Assembly: GCA_016192205.1 (NCBI GenBank)
Contig: JACPUP010000068.1
Coordinates: 1-39,161 of the forward strand
DNA from: Candidatus Kerfeldbacteria bacterium
Lineage (GTDB): Bacteria; Patescibacteriota; Patescibacteriia; SBBC01; JACPUP01
DNA length: 39,161 bases
Direction of reading: 5' to 3'
Below, piece by piece: positions 7,953 through 17,633 of this stretch; position 1 is the first letter of the stretch; each line of letters begins with the position of its first letter. The translations under genes were made by a program, and so were the position numbers. The notes beneath the pieces are model-generated. The model was not told the origin of the DNA, did no database searches, and saw nothing but the letters and a program-made list of their open reading frames with translations.

Positions 7953-8951
7953 GTGCCTGCCCTCCCCTCCTGGCTGACGTACCTCGTGGTCGGCTTTGTG
8001 TTTGCCGCGGTCGGCGCCTGGCTCTACAAGGAGAACATGCGCGAGAAGTCCATGACGCCAACGCTCGATCAGTTTTCCAAAGACCTCACGAAACTCGCGC
8101 GGGCGAACAAGCTCGACCCGGTCGTCGGCCGTGAGCACGAGATTGAGCGCGTCATCCAAATCCTCTCGCGCCGGACGAAGAACAATCCGGTCCTCATCGG
8201 CGAGTCCGGCGTCGGCAAAACCGCGATCGTCGAAGAGCTCGCCAACAAGATTGCGCGCGGTGACGTACCCGAGACCTTGAAAGACAAGCGGGTTATTTCT
8301 CTTGACCTGTCCGCGCTCGTGGCCGGTACCAAGTACCGCGGGGAATTCGAGAAACGCCTGAAGCTCGTGCTCAATGAGATTGTTGGTGCCAAACGGAGTA
8401 TTATCCTGTTCATCGACGAGCTGCACGAGCTGGCCGAGGCCGGCGAGGCCACCGGTGCCATTGACGCGGCGGACATCCTCAAACCCGCGCTCGCCCGCGG
8501 CGAATTACAAGCGATTGGCGCAACGACCTTCAGCGACTTTGCTAAGCACATCGAGGGGGACGTGACGCTGGAACGCCGGTTCCAACCGGTGAAAGTGAAA
8601 GAGCCAACCGCCGCGGAAACGGTCGAAATCATGCGTGGACTCCGCGGCCGCTACGAGGAACATCACCACGTCTCGATTTTAGATGAGGCGATCGAAACGG
8701 CAGTGCAATTGGCTGACTCCTGCCTCAAGGACCGTCACTTCCCAGACAAGGCTATTGACGTGATCGACGAGGCCGCAGCCAAAATCCGGCTCGAGGCCAT
8801 CCGTCATCCCGAGCGGTTCCGCAACGGGCTGCCCGAACTCCACAAGAAAGACGTGCAGGACATCATCAGCGAGTGGCGATCGGACCTCATCTGCTTCGTC
8901 GACCAGCGACCGCCCCAGGTCGTGCCGCAGACGCCGCTCGCCCGGGCCTAG
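7953..8951 (+). CDS. membrane-anchored Clp/Hsp100-type AAA+ ATPase, first nucleotide-binding domain only
   Basis: GTG start preceded by AAGGAGG. N-terminal TM helix [22 protein letters not shown]. This is followed by the signature ClpA/B/C D1 sequence: [36 protein letters not shown], Walker [18 protein letters not shown], and [12 protein letters not shown]. There is no N-domain, middle domain or D2. Confidence 0.85.
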   Translation: MPALPSWLTYLVVGFVFAAVGAWLYKENMREKSMTPTLDQFSKDLTKLARANKLDPVVGREHEIERVIQILSRRTKNNPVLIGESGVGKTAIVEELANKIARGDVPETLKDKRVISLDLSALVAGTKYRGEFEKRLKLVLNEIVGAKRSIILFIDELHELAEAGEATGAIDAADILKPALARGELQAIGATTFSDFAKHIEGDVTLERRFQPVKVKEPTAAETVEIMRGLRGRYEEHHHVSILDEAIETAVQLADSCLKDRHFPDKAIDVIDEAAAKIRLEAIRHPERFRNGLPELHKKDVQDIISEWRSDLICFVDQRPPQVVPQTPLARA

Positions 8952-8955
8952 CGCG

Positions 8956-8985
8956 TTGCGAAGGTCACCCGCCCTCGCGTACAAT
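8956..8985 (+). promoter_or_regulatory. candidate promoter (TTGCGA-18 nt-TACAAT) upstream of cysS
   Basis: -35 TTGCGA 8956-8961, 18-nt spacer, -10 TACAAT 8980-8985. 10 nt containing GAGGAG precede the ATG at 8996. Confidence 0.4.
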
Positions 8986-8995
8986 GTGAGGAGCT

Positions 8996-10399
<1,404 letters not shown>

Positions 10400-10418
10400 G
10401 AGTTGAGCTCAACCTTCT

Positions 10419-11408
10419 ATGCCATCGTTCTGGCAACAGCTGGCCAAACCCATTCTCGCCCTGGCGCCGATGGAAGGGTACACAGACTCCGCCTTCCGGC
10501 TTCTCGCCCGGGAGCAGGGGGCGGACGTCGTCTACACGGAGTTCGTGTCGTCCGACGCAATTGCCCATCGGGGGAAGACAGCTCTCGCCAAGCTGACGTT
10601 CGACCCGGCCGAGCAGCCCGTGGTCGCCCAGATCTTCGGTCGCGATCCGGCGGCCTTCGTCACCGCCGCGAAGGAGATCGAGCGTCGCGGCTTCGCCGGT
10701 CTCGACCTGAACTTCGGCTGCCCGGCGCGGAAGGTCATAGGTTCGGGTGCCGGCGTGGCGCTCCTGCGCGATCCCCAGTACGCTCGGCGGTTAATTGAAT
10801 CAGTCCTCGACGTCCTCACCATCCCCCTTTCCATCAAAATCCGCGCCAGCATCCGGGCCGAGCGACGTGAGGTCGCACCGGACACCGAGCAACGACACAC
10901 GGCACTCGACCTGATTGAGGCCATCCGCGACCTGCCGGTGGCGACCGTCATGGTCCACGGCCGGAGTTTCGAGCAGGGGTTTTCCGGCGGTCTTGACGTG
11001 GAGATGATTCGCGCGGTCAAACAGCGTTTCCCTGGCCTGGTGCTCGCCAACGGCGGACTGCGGACAGTGGAGGATGTAGAGCATCTGCTCACGGCTACCG
11101 GTGCCGACGGCGTTGGCCTGGCGCGCGGGGCACTGGGTTGCCCATGGCTGTTCCGACAGATCCGGGCGTACTTGAGCGGCCGAGACGTCCCGGAACTGTC
11201 CTGGCCGGAGATCCGCGCGGTTGCCGAACGCCATGCTCGGCAGGCGGTAGCCGCCAAGGGCGGGCGCGGCCTGACTGAACTCCGGAAGCACCTGGCGCAC
11301 TATGCGACCGGTCAGCCGCGGGCGGCGACGCTACGCGCGCGGCTGGTGCGCGCGGCCACGCTCGACGATGTCCGACGGACGCTGGCTGAAGTCACTGTTC
11401 ACGCCTAG
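10419..11408 (+). CDS. dus: tRNA-dihydrouridine synthase
   Basis: 329 aa. LAPMEGYTD start, catalytic NFGCPARKV, TIM-barrel Dus pattern and a C-terminal helical domain. Confidence 0.92.
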   Translation: MPSFWQQLAKPILALAPMEGYTDSAFRLLAREQGADVVYTEFVSSDAIAHRGKTALAKLTFDPAEQPVVAQIFGRDPAAFVTAAKEIERRGFAGLDLNFGCPARKVIGSGAGVALLRDPQYARRLIESVLDVLTIPLSIKIRASIRAERREVAPDTEQRHTALDLIEAIRDLPVATVMVHGRSFEQGFSGGLDVEMIRAVKQRFPGLVLANGGLRTVEDVEHLLTATGADGVGLARGALGCPWLFRQIRAYLSGRDVPELSWPEIRAVAERHARQAVAAKGGRGLTELRKHLAHYATGQPRAATLRARLVRAATLDDVRRTLAEVTVHA

Positions 11409-11411
11409 CCG

Positions 11412-11436
11412 AAACGGTGCGACCCGGCCCGTTTTT
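11412..11436 (+). terminator. terminator hairpin between convergent genes
   Basis: AAACGG (11412-11417) pairs with CCGTTT (11429-11434), followed by TTTGG. Lies between the dus stop and the stop of the convergent 11478 ORF. Confidence 0.45.
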
Positions 11437-11477
11437 GGGATCTGCATTGGCAGCCGGTGCTGACGCCCGGTAGCCGT

Positions 11478-12581
11478 TTACGACCGGTCTTGATCGAGGA
11501 CGTAGATCGCTTTGGCCGTCGTGCCACTGGTTGTGACGGCGCGAACTTGGACGTTGTGCCCGACCACCAGGTCCTCGAACAGGATGGCCCGGCCACGCTT
11601 ATTGATGAGGACCGTCTCGGCCGTCAGGCTGATCGTCAGCGCCGCCTTACCGGCTGACGTGCGATCAAGCACCAGGGTTAAAACGGTCGGGTCGAGGCTC
11701 GCGATGGAACCTGGGAACAGGTACGACCGCGCGTCAATACGCTGGTCCATGACCTGGAGTGCGCGGAGGGCGTTGGTGCCGGTCCTCAAGCCACGGACCC
11801 CCACGCGGTCGCCGCTCTTGAGCGATGCGCAGGCCACCGGATCGAGGCCTCGGTCACGGATGACCGTGGCCGCCGTTAGCGCGACGGTCCAGCTGGCCTG
11901 TTCGCCGCGACTCTTGACCGACACGCCCAGGCTCCCGCCGGCGCAGTCGACCGACGCGAGCTGGCCCTCGAGCATCGTTATGCGGATGAGCACCCGATCA
12001 GCGGCGATCGTGTCCTGGCCCTTCGGCCGCTCGCCTAAGACCTTGACGGTCATCCCCACCCCTAAGTCGCTGAAGGCACCGGGGCGATTCCCCTGGAAAA
12101 TCGTGGTCGCATTGGTGGTGGTGACGGTCTGGTTCGGCAGATTCTGCTTGGCTGGGTTGACGGGGTTCAGCACAAAGGTCTGGGCGGCCGGATCAATGCT
12201 CTCGATCGTTCCGCGGAAGAACGGGCCGCGCCGGAGCGACCAGTTCTTGACCTGGGTCGCGGTAATCGTCGTGCCGGCGAGCGTCCCCCAGACCTGCAGA
12301 TCATCGCCGAGGCCGAGCTCATCGAGCGCCGAGTAGACCCGGGACTGGCGAACGAGCGTCGCGGTGTCGGCGATCCGAACCAGGTACGTCTTCGTCCCAA
12401 CTTGGAGCTGTAGGGTGGCCGGGAAGGTCGGAGCGCTGAACGCGGTCAGAGCGCCGCGCCAGGAAGACGACGTCGGATCGTCAACGGCCCGGGTTGCCAT
12501 TGGAAAACCGACCAAGCCGAGGACGACCGCGAGCGCCAGCGCATACCGGACAGGACGGGTGGAGGTGAGGGAGGCAGTCAT
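11478..12581 (-). CDS. secreted protein with 4 tandem beta-domain repeats (DUF5666-like)
   Basis: Signal-like N-terminus (RYALALAVVLGLVGFPMATRAVDD). Four modules of about 80 aa, each starting G(T/S)I.S(I/L)D and ending (V/L).VG..V.V.G. Paralogous to the next gene upstream. Confidence 0.8.
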   Translation of the reverse strand: MTASLTSTRPVRYALALAVVLGLVGFPMATRAVDDPTSSSWRGALTAFSAPTFPATLQLQVGTKTYLVRIADTATLVRQSRVYSALDELGLGDDLQVWGTLAGTTITATQVKNWSLRRGPFFRGTIESIDPAAQTFVLNPVNPAKQNLPNQTVTTTNATTIFQGNRPGAFSDLGVGMTVKVLGERPKGQDTIAADRVLIRITMLEGQLASVDCAGGSLGVSVKSRGEQASWTVALTAATVIRDRGLDPVACASLKSGDRVGVRGLRTGTNALRALQVMDQRIDARSYLFPGSIASLDPTVLTLVLDRTSAGKAALTISLTAETVLINKRGRAILFEDLVVGHNVQVRAVTTSGTTAKAIYVLDQDRS

Positions 12582-12653
12582 GATATGGGTAAAGGGTTAA
12601 AGCGGGAGCGTAGGCAGGACGGCTAAAACACTGGCGCTGGTCGAGCCCGAACG

Positions 12654-13991
12654 CTAGTCGTCCGACCCGAGGTCTTTATCCTTGACGAGCATGGCCGTGA
12701 GCTCGGTCCGGACCCGCGTGCCTTTCACCTGCACCTCATCGCCGACCGAGAGGTTGCCGAATTCGATGGTCACGCCCTTCTTGTTGACGATGGACGTTTC
12801 GCTCGTGACGATGACGGTCAGGTCTTCGCCCTCTTCTTGGTCGAGCACGAAGGTTCGGGCATCGGCATCAAGGCTCCCGATAGTTCCATGTTCGGTTACC
12901 CGCCAGGTGTCGAGGAGCGTCTTGTTACGAACAACGAGCGCTGTCAGCTCGTCATCGGCGAGCACGCCCCACACTTGCACCGTGTCGCCAACGGCCAGGT
13001 CAGCAAAAGCCATGACCGTCCCGTCTTTGTTCACCAGTACCGTGCCGGTGACCACCAGCACGGTGAGGTCATCCCCCTGTTTCTGCTCCATCACAAAGGT
13101 CATGGCATCGGCGTCGATACTCTCAATGGTTCCGTGCTCAACCCGGAAGCGTTTCCGCTCGCTCTTGTCCCAAACGACCAGCGCGGTCAGGGCCGTGTCG
13201 CCGGTTTTCAAGCCGCGCACGTGCACGGCGTCCCCGACTTCGAGCGTGTCGAAGCTGGTGAGGCCGAAGTACCGCGTGTGGAAGACGGTTTCGTCGTTCG
13301 TGGTGATGACGTGCGTCGTTTCCACACCGCGTTTCCGCACAAGCAGGTCGAAGGTTTTGGCGTCCGCATCGACCGCGGTCACTTTGCCGTTGAGCGTTGT
13401 GAGCTTGATGAGGATGCGGTTGGCCGCAATGGTGTCGGCGGACTTGTTCCAGACGCCGATGACCCTCACCGTCATGCCGACCTCCAAATCGGCGAACTCG
13501 CCGGCGCGATTGCCCTGGAAGACCTTCGTGCCGTCGTTGGTCGTGACAGTCAGGGGGTCGCCGCGCTTCGGCGTATAGACGAACGACTTCGCAGCCGCGT
13601 CGATGCTGTCAATGGTGCCCCAGAGCGCGTGCCGGCCGCGCCACTGGATGCTGTAGTTCTTGATGTGCGTGGCGGTCATGGACGTGCCGGCAAGCGTCCC
13701 GCGCACGCGCAAGTCGTCACCAATGCCGAACTCGGACAGTGCTGACCGGCCGTTGTACTTACGGACGAGTTTCGTGTCAGCGGTGACCGTGACTGTGTAG
13801 GTCGTTGCCTCGGACTGCACGGTGAGCGTGGCTGGCAACGCCGTGTCGCTCAAGCTCGTGAGCGTCCCCCGAATGGTCGTCAGCGCCTCATTGTCATCAT
13901 CAGCGGCCGACACTGGCGCAACGGACAACGGTGCAATCGCAAAGAACGACGCGAAGGCCATGATGAGCCCGCGTTGCAAAATTGTTTTCAT
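12654..13991 (-). CDS. secreted protein with 5 tandem beta-domain repeats (DUF5666-like)
   Basis: RBS GGAAGGAG. Signal peptide MKTILQRGLIMAFASFFAIAPLSVAPVSA-ADD. Five modules, for example GTIESIDADAMTFVMEQKQGDDLTVLV...LAVGDTVQVWG and GTIGSLDADARTFVLDQEEGEDLTVIV...LSVGDEVQVKG. Confidence 0.85.
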   Translation of the reverse strand: MKTILQRGLIMAFASFFAIAPLSVAPVSAADDDNEALTTIRGTLTSLSDTALPATLTVQSEATTYTVTVTADTKLVRKYNGRSALSEFGIGDDLRVRGTLAGTSMTATHIKNYSIQWRGRHALWGTIDSIDAAAKSFVYTPKRGDPLTVTTNDGTKVFQGNRAGEFADLEVGMTVRVIGVWNKSADTIAANRILIKLTTLNGKVTAVDADAKTFDLLVRKRGVETTHVITTNDETVFHTRYFGLTSFDTLEVGDAVHVRGLKTGDTALTALVVWDKSERKRFRVEHGTIESIDADAMTFVMEQKQGDDLTVLVVTGTVLVNKDGTVMAFADLAVGDTVQVWGVLADDELTALVVRNKTLLDTWRVTEHGTIGSLDADARTFVLDQEEGEDLTVIVTSETSIVNKKGVTIEFGNLSVGDEVQVKGTRVRTELTAMLVKDKDLGSDD

Positions 13992-14013
13992 GAGGTACTC
14001 CTTCCGGGTAAAG

Positions 14014-14583
14014 TTATTCGTAGTCGTACTCTCGCCGACGATTCTTCTCTCGTGCCCCGCCCTTCATAATCATCATGCCGATGATGGGCGCAACAATCCA
14101 CAAAAACAGGGCGGTGTCGCCGGAGAAGAGCGTCTGGGTCATGGGTGCCAAGCTCTCGACCGAACTCGGCGGCAGGAACGACAGCGTGATGGCCGTCAGC
14201 AACCCGACGTGGAGGAACGAAAACAGCAATACTTGCCACCAGGCCCCGCGTGAATCGGATGACGCGATGGTCGCCAAGAGCGCAGACCGCGAGATGAGGA
14301 AGAACAGCAAGATGAACAGAATGAGGAAGGCCGACACCTTCAGCACGAAGAACGACTCAATACCCACCTGGGCTGACCCCTGGCCAATGAATGGCGCCGT
14401 ATTCACGACTGCCAGCGACATATAGATGGAGACCAGAATGACCACGATGCGGTCGCGGCCCAGTGAGAGCCCGTACAGGAAGCCGGCAATGACGAAAAAC
14501 AGGATGATGAACAGATCCCAGGTCGGCTGGGCCCAGTTCACATTCGCGACGAAGGTTTGGGCTGTTTCTGCGGCTTCGGGCAT
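14014..14583 (-). CDS. multi-pass integral membrane protein (possibly CvpA-like)
   Basis: Start taken at the internal ATG 14583 (MPEAAETAQ...). About 4-5 hydrophobic helices. The upstream part of the track ORF overlaps a repeat element and the promoter. Confidence 0.65.
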   Translation of the reverse strand: MPEAAETAQTFVANVNWAQPTWDLFIILFFVIAGFLYGLSLGRDRIVVILVSIYMSLAVVNTAPFIGQGSAQVGIESFFVLKVSAFLILFILLFFLISRSALLATIASSDSRGAWWQVLLFSFLHVGLLTAITLSFLPPSSVESLAPMTQTLFSGDTALFLWIVAPIIGMMIMKGGAREKNRRREYDYE

Positions 14584-14607
14584 GGGTGGGTGTTTATTTG
14601 TATTTGC

Positions 14608-14636
14608 AGTGTACCACAAAGTTTGTTCGTGTGCAA
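14608..14636 (-). promoter_or_regulatory. sigma70-like promoter (TTGCAC-17 nt-TGgTACACT)
   Basis: Minus strand: -35 TTGCAC (14636-14631), 17-nt spacer, extended -10 TGg TACACT (14613-14608). 24-nt leader to the ATG at 14583. Confidence 0.5.
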
Positions 14637-14645
14637 CGTGTGGAT

Positions 14646-14723
14646 GAATCATGAATGAAGAATCGTGAATTGCGAACGTGATGCCGCAGCCCATGATTCA
14701 TGATTCGTGATTCGCTATTCTTC
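14646..14723. repeat. GAATC-unit imperfect inverted repeat (family copy 2)
   Basis: Left arm GAATCATGAATGAAGAATCGTGAATTGCGAA. Central segment CGTGATGCCGCAGCC. Right arm CATGATTCATGATTCGTGATTCGCTATTCTTC. The right arm overlaps the last codons of dnaJ. Confidence 0.5.
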
Positions 14724-15812
14724 GTCTTGCAAATCCTCGTAGAGCTTCTTCTGCTTCCGCGACAACTTCTCCGGTACCTTCACGACCACTTCAACCAAGT
14801 GGTCGCCCCGACCTCGGCCACGCAACGACGGCACGCCCTTACCTTTCAAGCGCAGCCGGCGGCCCGGCTGGGTGCCGGCTGGCACTTTCACCGCCACCAC
14901 GCCGTCCACGGTTCGCACGTCTACTTTTATCCCGAGTGCCGCATCGGCCGGACTCACGGTCGTGCGCGTCACAATATCGTCTCCGTCTCGCCGCAGTTCT
15001 GGATCTGGCCGCACGCGCACGAGGATGTGCACATCACCCGGACGGCCGCCGCGCGGGCCAGCATCGCCCTGACCCTGCAAACGCAGGGTTTGGCCGTCAG
15101 CGATACCCGCGGGGATGGCGACCTCGAGCCGTTTGAGTTTGCGCTCGCGACCCTGGCCCTTGCACGTGGTACAGCGTTTAGCCGGCACCTCGCCCTCGCC
15201 CTGACAGGTGGGACAGACCAGGGCCGTCTGGAACTGGCCCAGGAGCGTAGCGCGCGTTTCCATCACCTGACCAGCGCCGCGGCAGGTGGAGCACTGCTTC
15301 AAGCCGCTGCCGGGTTCACGGCCAGTGCCGTCGCACCTCGCACAGGCGTGCTGGGCGTCGAGCTCAATGGTCTTGCTCGTGCCAAAGACTGCTTCGGGGA
15401 AGTCTATGGTCAAGGTCAGCTCATACGAGTTCCCCGCCGTCTGTTGCCGACCGTGGCGTGAACCGCCGAAGCCAAACAAGTCGCCGAAGATATCGCCGAG
15501 GTCGCCGACGTTGCCAAACCCGCCTTGGAACCCGCCCTGCCGGAAAAAGTCCTCCCACGACACAGTGCCAAACCCGCCGCCTCCGCCCGGCGCGCCCTGG
15601 CCAAAACCAGCCGCGCCAAACCGGTCATACTGCTGGCGCTTGTCGGGGTTGCCAAGGATTTGGTAGGCGGCGTTCAATTCCTTGAACTTGGCTTCGTTGC
15701 CGCCCTGCTTGTCCGGGTGGTACTGGTGGGCGAGCTTGCGGTAGGCCTTGCGGATGTCGTCTTGCGAAGCGTCTTTGGAAACGCCCAAAATCTCGTACGG
15801 GTCCGGCGTCAT
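14715..15812 (-). CDS. dnaJ: molecular chaperone DnaJ
   Basis: J-domain DPYEILGV...YHPDK, a G/F-rich linker, four CxxCxGxG zinc motifs (CARCDGTG, CSTCRGAG, CPTCQGEG, CTTCKGQG) and the C-terminal domains. Confidence 0.95.
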   Translation of the reverse strand: MTPDPYEILGVSKDASQDDIRKAYRKLAHQYHPDKQGGNEAKFKELNAAYQILGNPDKRQQYDRFGAAGFGQGAPGGGGGFGTVSWEDFFRQGGFQGGFGNVGDLGDIFGDLFGFGGSRHGRQQTAGNSYELTLTIDFPEAVFGTSKTIELDAQHACARCDGTGREPGSGLKQCSTCRGAGQVMETRATLLGQFQTALVCPTCQGEGEVPAKRCTTCKGQGRERKLKRLEVAIPAGIADGQTLRLQGQGDAGPRGGRPGDVHILVRVRPDPELRRDGDDIVTRTTVSPADAALGIKVDVRTVDGVVAVKVPAGTQPGRRLRLKGKGVPSLRGRGRGDHLVEVVVKVPEKLSRKQKKLYEDLQDEE

Positions 15813-15813
15813 A

Positions 15814-16764
15814 TCACGTCAGTTCCAACCGCTCGGCTTCGACCGTTCGCCGCCCAATCCGCACAATCCCGAACCGTTCGAACAGCCTGAACAAGATCAG
15901 CGCAACGCCCAAAATGCCCCAAACCAAGAACGGGCTCAAGAGCTTGAGCAGCAAGAACAGCGACACGATGAGGAGCGGAAACACGTACGACGCATAGTCA
16001 ATGACCGCGGGTTTGACGCGGCGCTCAATGGCCAAGCGGATGACCTCGCTCATGGTTTCGCGGCCCGTCAGCGGAATGCGCAAGTAATCAGACAGGTTCG
16101 TCCGGACCTGCTCTATGGTCATGTGCGCGTCCCCGGTGTCGAGTTGCTCCTGGTAGTAGGTGTCGAGCACTTTGTTGCGCTCAAAACCCGGCACGACCAG
16201 CGGTGCAACGCGCTCAACCCCGAGGACTGCGCTGTTCATGGTTTGGTCCAGGAGTTGCTCTGGGCCTTCGAACGGCGCGGCCGCGGCCAGCGACTGGACG
16301 GCTACGGCCAAGAGGATGAGCGTCAGGGAAAAGCCTAGGCCAAGGCGAATGACCTTGCTGGCGGAAAACTTCACCCGCTCGGAGAGCTCTTGAAGGACCG
16401 CGTGGCGGTAGTACGCCAGCCCGCCAAACAGCAAACCCAGGACCGGCAGGGTCATGGCGGCGAAGCCGGAGAACACAGCCGAGACCGTCATGAGACTCAC
16501 GAGCACCCAGTGGTCGCTTCGTCGCCGTAACACCATGAGCGCGATGGCAAACGTGCCGAGCGAAAAAACGAATGTGACCACAGCCAGGCCGACCATGGCG
16601 AACACGTCGCCAGCGTCACCGCCGCGCTGTTGGATGACGAACAACGAGCCGATGATGACCCAGGTCAGCAACGAGAATAACGCCGGCAACACGAGCAGCA
16701 GGCCGCGCACAGCCGGGTGGGCGTGGGGAAGATGGTGCGCGTGGGAAGGGCTCGTGGCAGTCAT
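15814..16764 (-). CDS. multi-pass membrane protein of unknown function
   Basis: The ORF stop lies 1 nt before the dnaJ ATG. Multiple hydrophobic helices. The first ATG is at 16764; the track start at 16788 is a TTG codon. Confidence 0.65.
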   Translation of the reverse strand: MTATSPSHAHHLPHAHPAVRGLLLVLPALFSLLTWVIIGSLFVIQQRGGDAGDVFAMVGLAVVTFVFSLGTFAIALMVLRRRSDHWVLVSLMTVSAVFSGFAAMTLPVLGLLFGGLAYYRHAVLQELSERVKFSASKVIRLGLGFSLTLILLAVAVQSLAAAAPFEGPEQLLDQTMNSAVLGVERVAPLVVPGFERNKVLDTYYQEQLDTGDAHMTIEQVRTNLSDYLRIPLTGRETMSEVIRLAIERRVKPAVIDYASYVFPLLIVSLFLLLKLLSPFLVWGILGVALILFRLFERFGIVRIGRRTVEAERLELT

Positions 16765-16796
16765 TCGTAGTTCACGTGGTTTTAGCAAGGCGCGGG

Positions 16797-16896
16797 ATCG
16801 AGCGCGAATATCGAATAAGGAATGTGGAGTATGGGAAAGTTGTTTGCTCTTTCAGAATCCGATACTCGATACTCCCTATTCGCTATTCCCCTGATC
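16797..16896. repeat. 100-bp imperfect palindrome in a divergent intergenic region
   Basis: Arm GAATATCGAATAAGGAATGTGGAGTATGGGA (16806-16836) against the reverse complement of TCCGATACTCGATACTCCCTATTCGCTATTC (16858-16888) matches at about 25 of 31 positions. Flanked by GATC on both sides. Confidence 0.5.
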
Positions 16897-16959
16897 CTGA
16901 CTTGACATTGACTTATTTTTTTGATTGGCTGGGGCCACCGGTGCGAGAGGAGGACCGCG

Positions 16960-17211
16960 ATGCTGGCCGATAAAGCCGTCAAGGTCGAGGTCGGCTCGCG
17001 CGTCCGACGGCGGATGTTCCCCCTGAGCCCTCATATGTTCCAGGGCAAGGGGCAACCGCGGGAGGGGTGGACCTATACGGTCACGGAGGTGCGGACGCTT
17101 TCGTACCTGACGCTGATCCGTCTGGAGGGGCTGCCGAAGACGCGCGGCGGAGAAGCAAACTGGTTCAATGCTGCGCTCTTCGAACTCGAGTGCGGCTGTG
17201 GCCCTGCCTGA
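16960..17211 (+). CDS. small hypothetical protein (83 aa)
   Basis: The ATG at 16960 is preceded by GAGAGGAGGA. No family recognised. C-terminal CGCG. Confidence 0.5.
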   Translation: MLADKAVKVEVGSRVRRRMFPLSPHMFQGKGQPREGWTYTVTEVRTLSYLTLIRLEGLPKTRGGEANWFNAALFELECGCGPA

Positions 17212-17244
17212 TACGGGGGGCCACATTCTTGTGCTCAAGAACGG

Positions 17245-17329
17245 GAGAATCGTGAATCACGAATCGTGAATCGAGGAACGATGCCATGATCACAACCCAT
17301 GATTCTCTATTCTTTTATTCATGATTCAT
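17245..17329. repeat. GAATC-unit imperfect inverted repeat (family copy 3)
   Basis: Left arm GAGAATCGTGAATCACGAATCGTGAATCG. Central segment AGGAACGATGCCATGATCACAACC. Right arm CATGATTCTCTATTCTTTTATTCATGATTCAT. Lies between convergent stops (17211 and 17330), so it may act as a bidirectional terminator. Confidence 0.5.
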
Positions 17330-17614
17330 TTACCTTGCTTGAAACCCGACTTCAGCGCCTGGCGCTGACGCTTCCTCGATCTGGCCAAACTGCTTCTCGT
17401 ACTTGTCGAGGTTGTCTTTGAGCGCCGCGGCGATGCGCTTCAAGTGGCCTGGGCTCGTAATGACCCGCGCGGTCAGCAGGCCCTGGGGCGGGAACAAGTT
17501 CATGAAGTCCATCACGAACTCCTCCTTGGAGTGTTGGACCTGCATCATGTTCGCGTACGCACCGCGCATGGTTGCGTCGTCTGCCTTTATTTGGAGTTGC
17601 TGTGGTTGGTTCAT
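17330..17614 (-). CDS. DUF3467-like small protein
   Basis: 94 aa. The pattern YANMMQVQHSKEEFVMDF...ARVITSPGHLKRIAAALKDNLDKYEKQFG matches my recollection of the DUF3467 family. RBS AGGAA. Confidence 0.75.
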   Translation of the reverse strand: MNQPQQLQIKADDATMRGAYANMMQVQHSKEEFVMDFMNLFPPQGLLTARVITSPGHLKRIAAALKDNLDKYEKQFGQIEEASAPGAEVGFQAR

Positions 17615-17633
17615 AGATAGATTCCTTTATGAG

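Noticed and set aside
3042-8951. A complete type IV secretion or conjugative module around the coupling-protein-like gene
   Set aside because: Only the single ATPase resembles T4SS components. The neighbours are a methyltransferase, a small secreted protein, unknown membrane proteins and a Clp-type ATPase. No relaxase, VirB4/VirB11, pilin or integrase was recognised.
16902-16930. Promoter for the small ORF at 16960, based on the tandem TTGACA TTGACT hexamers
   Set aside because: No acceptable -10 hexamer lies at 16-18 nt spacing from either -35-like hexamer, so I left it uncalled.
14646-17329. Possibility that the short repeated units (GAATC-type, CCTACTC-type) are CRISPR arrays
   Set aside because: The units are 7-11 nt, degenerate, and arranged as inverted arms or contiguous tandems, with no spacers of 25-40 nt. 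No cas genes are present in the window.
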